From NCBI GenBank assembly GCA_039586365.1, contig JBDHKN010000099.1, positions 1 to 16,355 on the forward strand: a stretch of 16,355 nucleotides of DNA, given 5' to 3'. Source of the DNA: Gemmatimonadota bacterium. Its GTDB lineage: Bacteria; Gemmatimonadota; Gemmatimonadetes; Gemmatimonadales; GWC2-71-9. The translations under genes and the position numbers were made by a program. The notes under the pieces were generated by a model that was given only the letters and a program-made list of their open reading frames with translations, did no database searches and had not been told where the DNA came from. Positions 14,973 to 16,355 of this stretch are shown here, in pieces (the stretch's first letter is position 1; each line of letters begins with the position of its first letter).

Positions 14973-16117
14973 GCGCCCGTGAGCTCGAACAGACCTACGG
15001 ATTCGAGGTCTTTCCCAAGCGCGATGTCACGATCGTAAAGGGGGAAGGCGCCACGCTGTGGGATCAAGCAGGAAGAGCATACATCGATTGCACGGCCGGG
15101 GTGGGTGTCGCCAGCATCGGTCACGCCAACCGCCAGGTGGCCGATGCTATCGCCGAGCAGGGCAGGAAGCTCATCACCTGTCCCGGGATATTCTACAACG
15201 ACACGCGCGCGCGGCTTCTCGAGAGACTGGTGTCCATCGCACCGGCAGGGCTGAATCGGGCCTTCCTCTGCAACTCAGGCACTGAGAGCGTCGAAGCCGC
15301 AATTAAGTTTGCGCGCCATGCCACCGGACGCACTGAATTCGTCTGTGCCATGCGAGGTTTTCATGGCCGCACACTCGGTGCGCTGAGCGCCACCTACAAG
15401 CATCGCGACGTTTTCGAGCCTTTGCTTCAAGGTTTCACTTTCGTACCCTTGAACAATATCGCCAAGCTCAGTGACGCGGTCTCCAACACTACCGCCGCCG
15501 TATTGCTCGAGGTGGTGCAGGGTGAAGGCGGCGTCCGCCTGGCTGACGCGGAGTATCTCACCGCAGTTCGCGAACTCTGTGACCAGCGCGGGGTGTTACT
15601 CATTGTCGATGAGGTGCAAACCGGATTCTGTCGTACCGGTCGCATGTTCGCCTGCCAGCACTTCGGTCTCCGGCCTGACATGATGTGCGTGGCAAAGGCG
15701 ATGGCGGGAGGGATACCGATGGGGGCAGTGCTGTGTGGCGACTCCGTCCAACCAGCCGTGGGTATCCACGGCTCGACCTTCGGTGGTAACCCGGTAGCCT
15801 GCGCCGCGGCGCTCGCCACCATCGACTACATGCAACAGCACGACCTAGCCACGCAGGCTGCCCTCAAGGGTACCCACTTCGCCACCAGGTTCAGCGAGCG
15901 CCTGCCCACCAAGGTCCGCGAGCTGCGCTACCTGGGCCTGATGATCGGTATTGAACTCAAGACAAAGGCGCAGCCGTATCTGATCGCTCTCATGGAGCGT
16001 GGCGTGTTGGCACTGCAAGCCGGTCCCACGGTCATCCGGCTGCTGCCCCCACTAGTGATCAGTCTCGCGGAATTGGACGCCGTCGCGGACGCGCTCGAGG
16101 ATGCTCTAGGCGACTGA
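14969..16117 (+). CDS. lysJ: LysW-gamma-aminoadipate semialdehyde aminotransferase (class III PLP, ArgD family)
   Basis: ATGA overlap with lysZ. CNSGTESVEAAIKFAR, GFHGRTLGALS, VQGEGG, DEVQTG, AKAMAGG (PLP lysine), HGSTFGGNP, IRLLPPL. Confidence 0.92.
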   Translation: MSARELEQTYGFEVFPKRDVTIVKGEGATLWDQAGRAYIDCTAGVGVASIGHANRQVADAIAEQGRKLITCPGIFYNDTRARLLERLVSIAPAGLNRAFLCNSGTESVEAAIKFARHATGRTEFVCAMRGFHGRTLGALSATYKHRDVFEPLLQGFTFVPLNNIAKLSDAVSNTTAAVLLEVVQGEGGVRLADAEYLTAVRELCDQRGVLLIVDEVQTGFCRTGRMFACQHFGLRPDMMCVAKAMAGGIPMGAVLCGDSVQPAVGIHGSTFGGNPVACAAALATIDYMQQHDLATQAALKGTHFATRFSERLPTKVRELRYLGLMIGIELKTKAQPYLIALMERGVLALQAGPTVIRLLPPLVISLAELDAVADALEDALGD

Positions 16118-16135
16118 GGGGTGCGGGTGATCCTC

Positions 16136-16354
16136 TCAGGGGCCTGCTCGTGATATCAACTCGGCGCACAGCTCGAGATGCGCAGCAATCATTTGCTCCA
16201 CGGTAAACCGCGCCAGCACCCTGCTTCGGCCGGCTTCCCCCAGCCGCGCCCTGAGCTCAGCACTGCCGGCTAGGGTCTCCATCGCAGTCCGCAGCGCCAC
16301 GCTGTCTCCAGGCGGAACAACCAGACCGGTTACCTCCGGGACATTCACCTCACG
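16136..16354 (-). CDS. Glycosyltransferase family 4 (GT-B), C-terminal fragment
   Basis: The frame is open to the window edge: REVNVPEVTGLVVPPGDSVALRTAMETLAGSAELRARLGEAGRSRVLARFTVEQM, a typical Glycos_transf_1 C-terminus. Confidence 0.85.
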   Translation of the reverse strand, partial: REVNVPEVTGLVVPPGDSVALRTAMETLAGSAELRARLGEAGRSRVLARFTVEQMIAAHLELCAELISRAGP

Positions 16355-16355
16355 T

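Overview
GC-rich bacterial window. The style of the lipoprotein signal peptides (..AACGDGP, ..TGCRDTTAP) resembles Gemmatimonadota, but this is a weak inference. Left end (1-1132) is a mobile-element junction: the 3' end of a tyrosine integrase converges on a minus-strand tRNA(CAU), probably tRNA-Ile2. A ~735 bp segment follows, closed by an exact 41 bp copy of the tRNA 5' half. It carries a 24 bp perfect palindrome, a 13 bp inverted repeat, a 17/20 direct-repeat pair and a small lipoprotein with a knottin-like C-C-CC-C-C cysteine framework. The middle holds a PAS-PAS protein with a C-terminal 4-TM anchor and no output domain, a 2147 aa lipoprotein made of 5+16 Ig-like repeats, and a membrane-anchored EEP-family hydrolase on the minus strand. 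The right part is a LysW amino-group-carrier operon, lysW-lysX-lysY-[Ntn hydrolase]-lysZ-lysJ, ending against a convergent GT4 glycosyltransferase fragment. The main finding is that this operon has no lysK (M20 peptidase) and instead contains an EgtC/YafJ-like class II glutamine-amidotransferase-fold Ntn hydrolase with a remodelled alpha-amino-binding pocket. It is a candidate non-orthologous replacement that releases lysine (or ornithine) from LysW.
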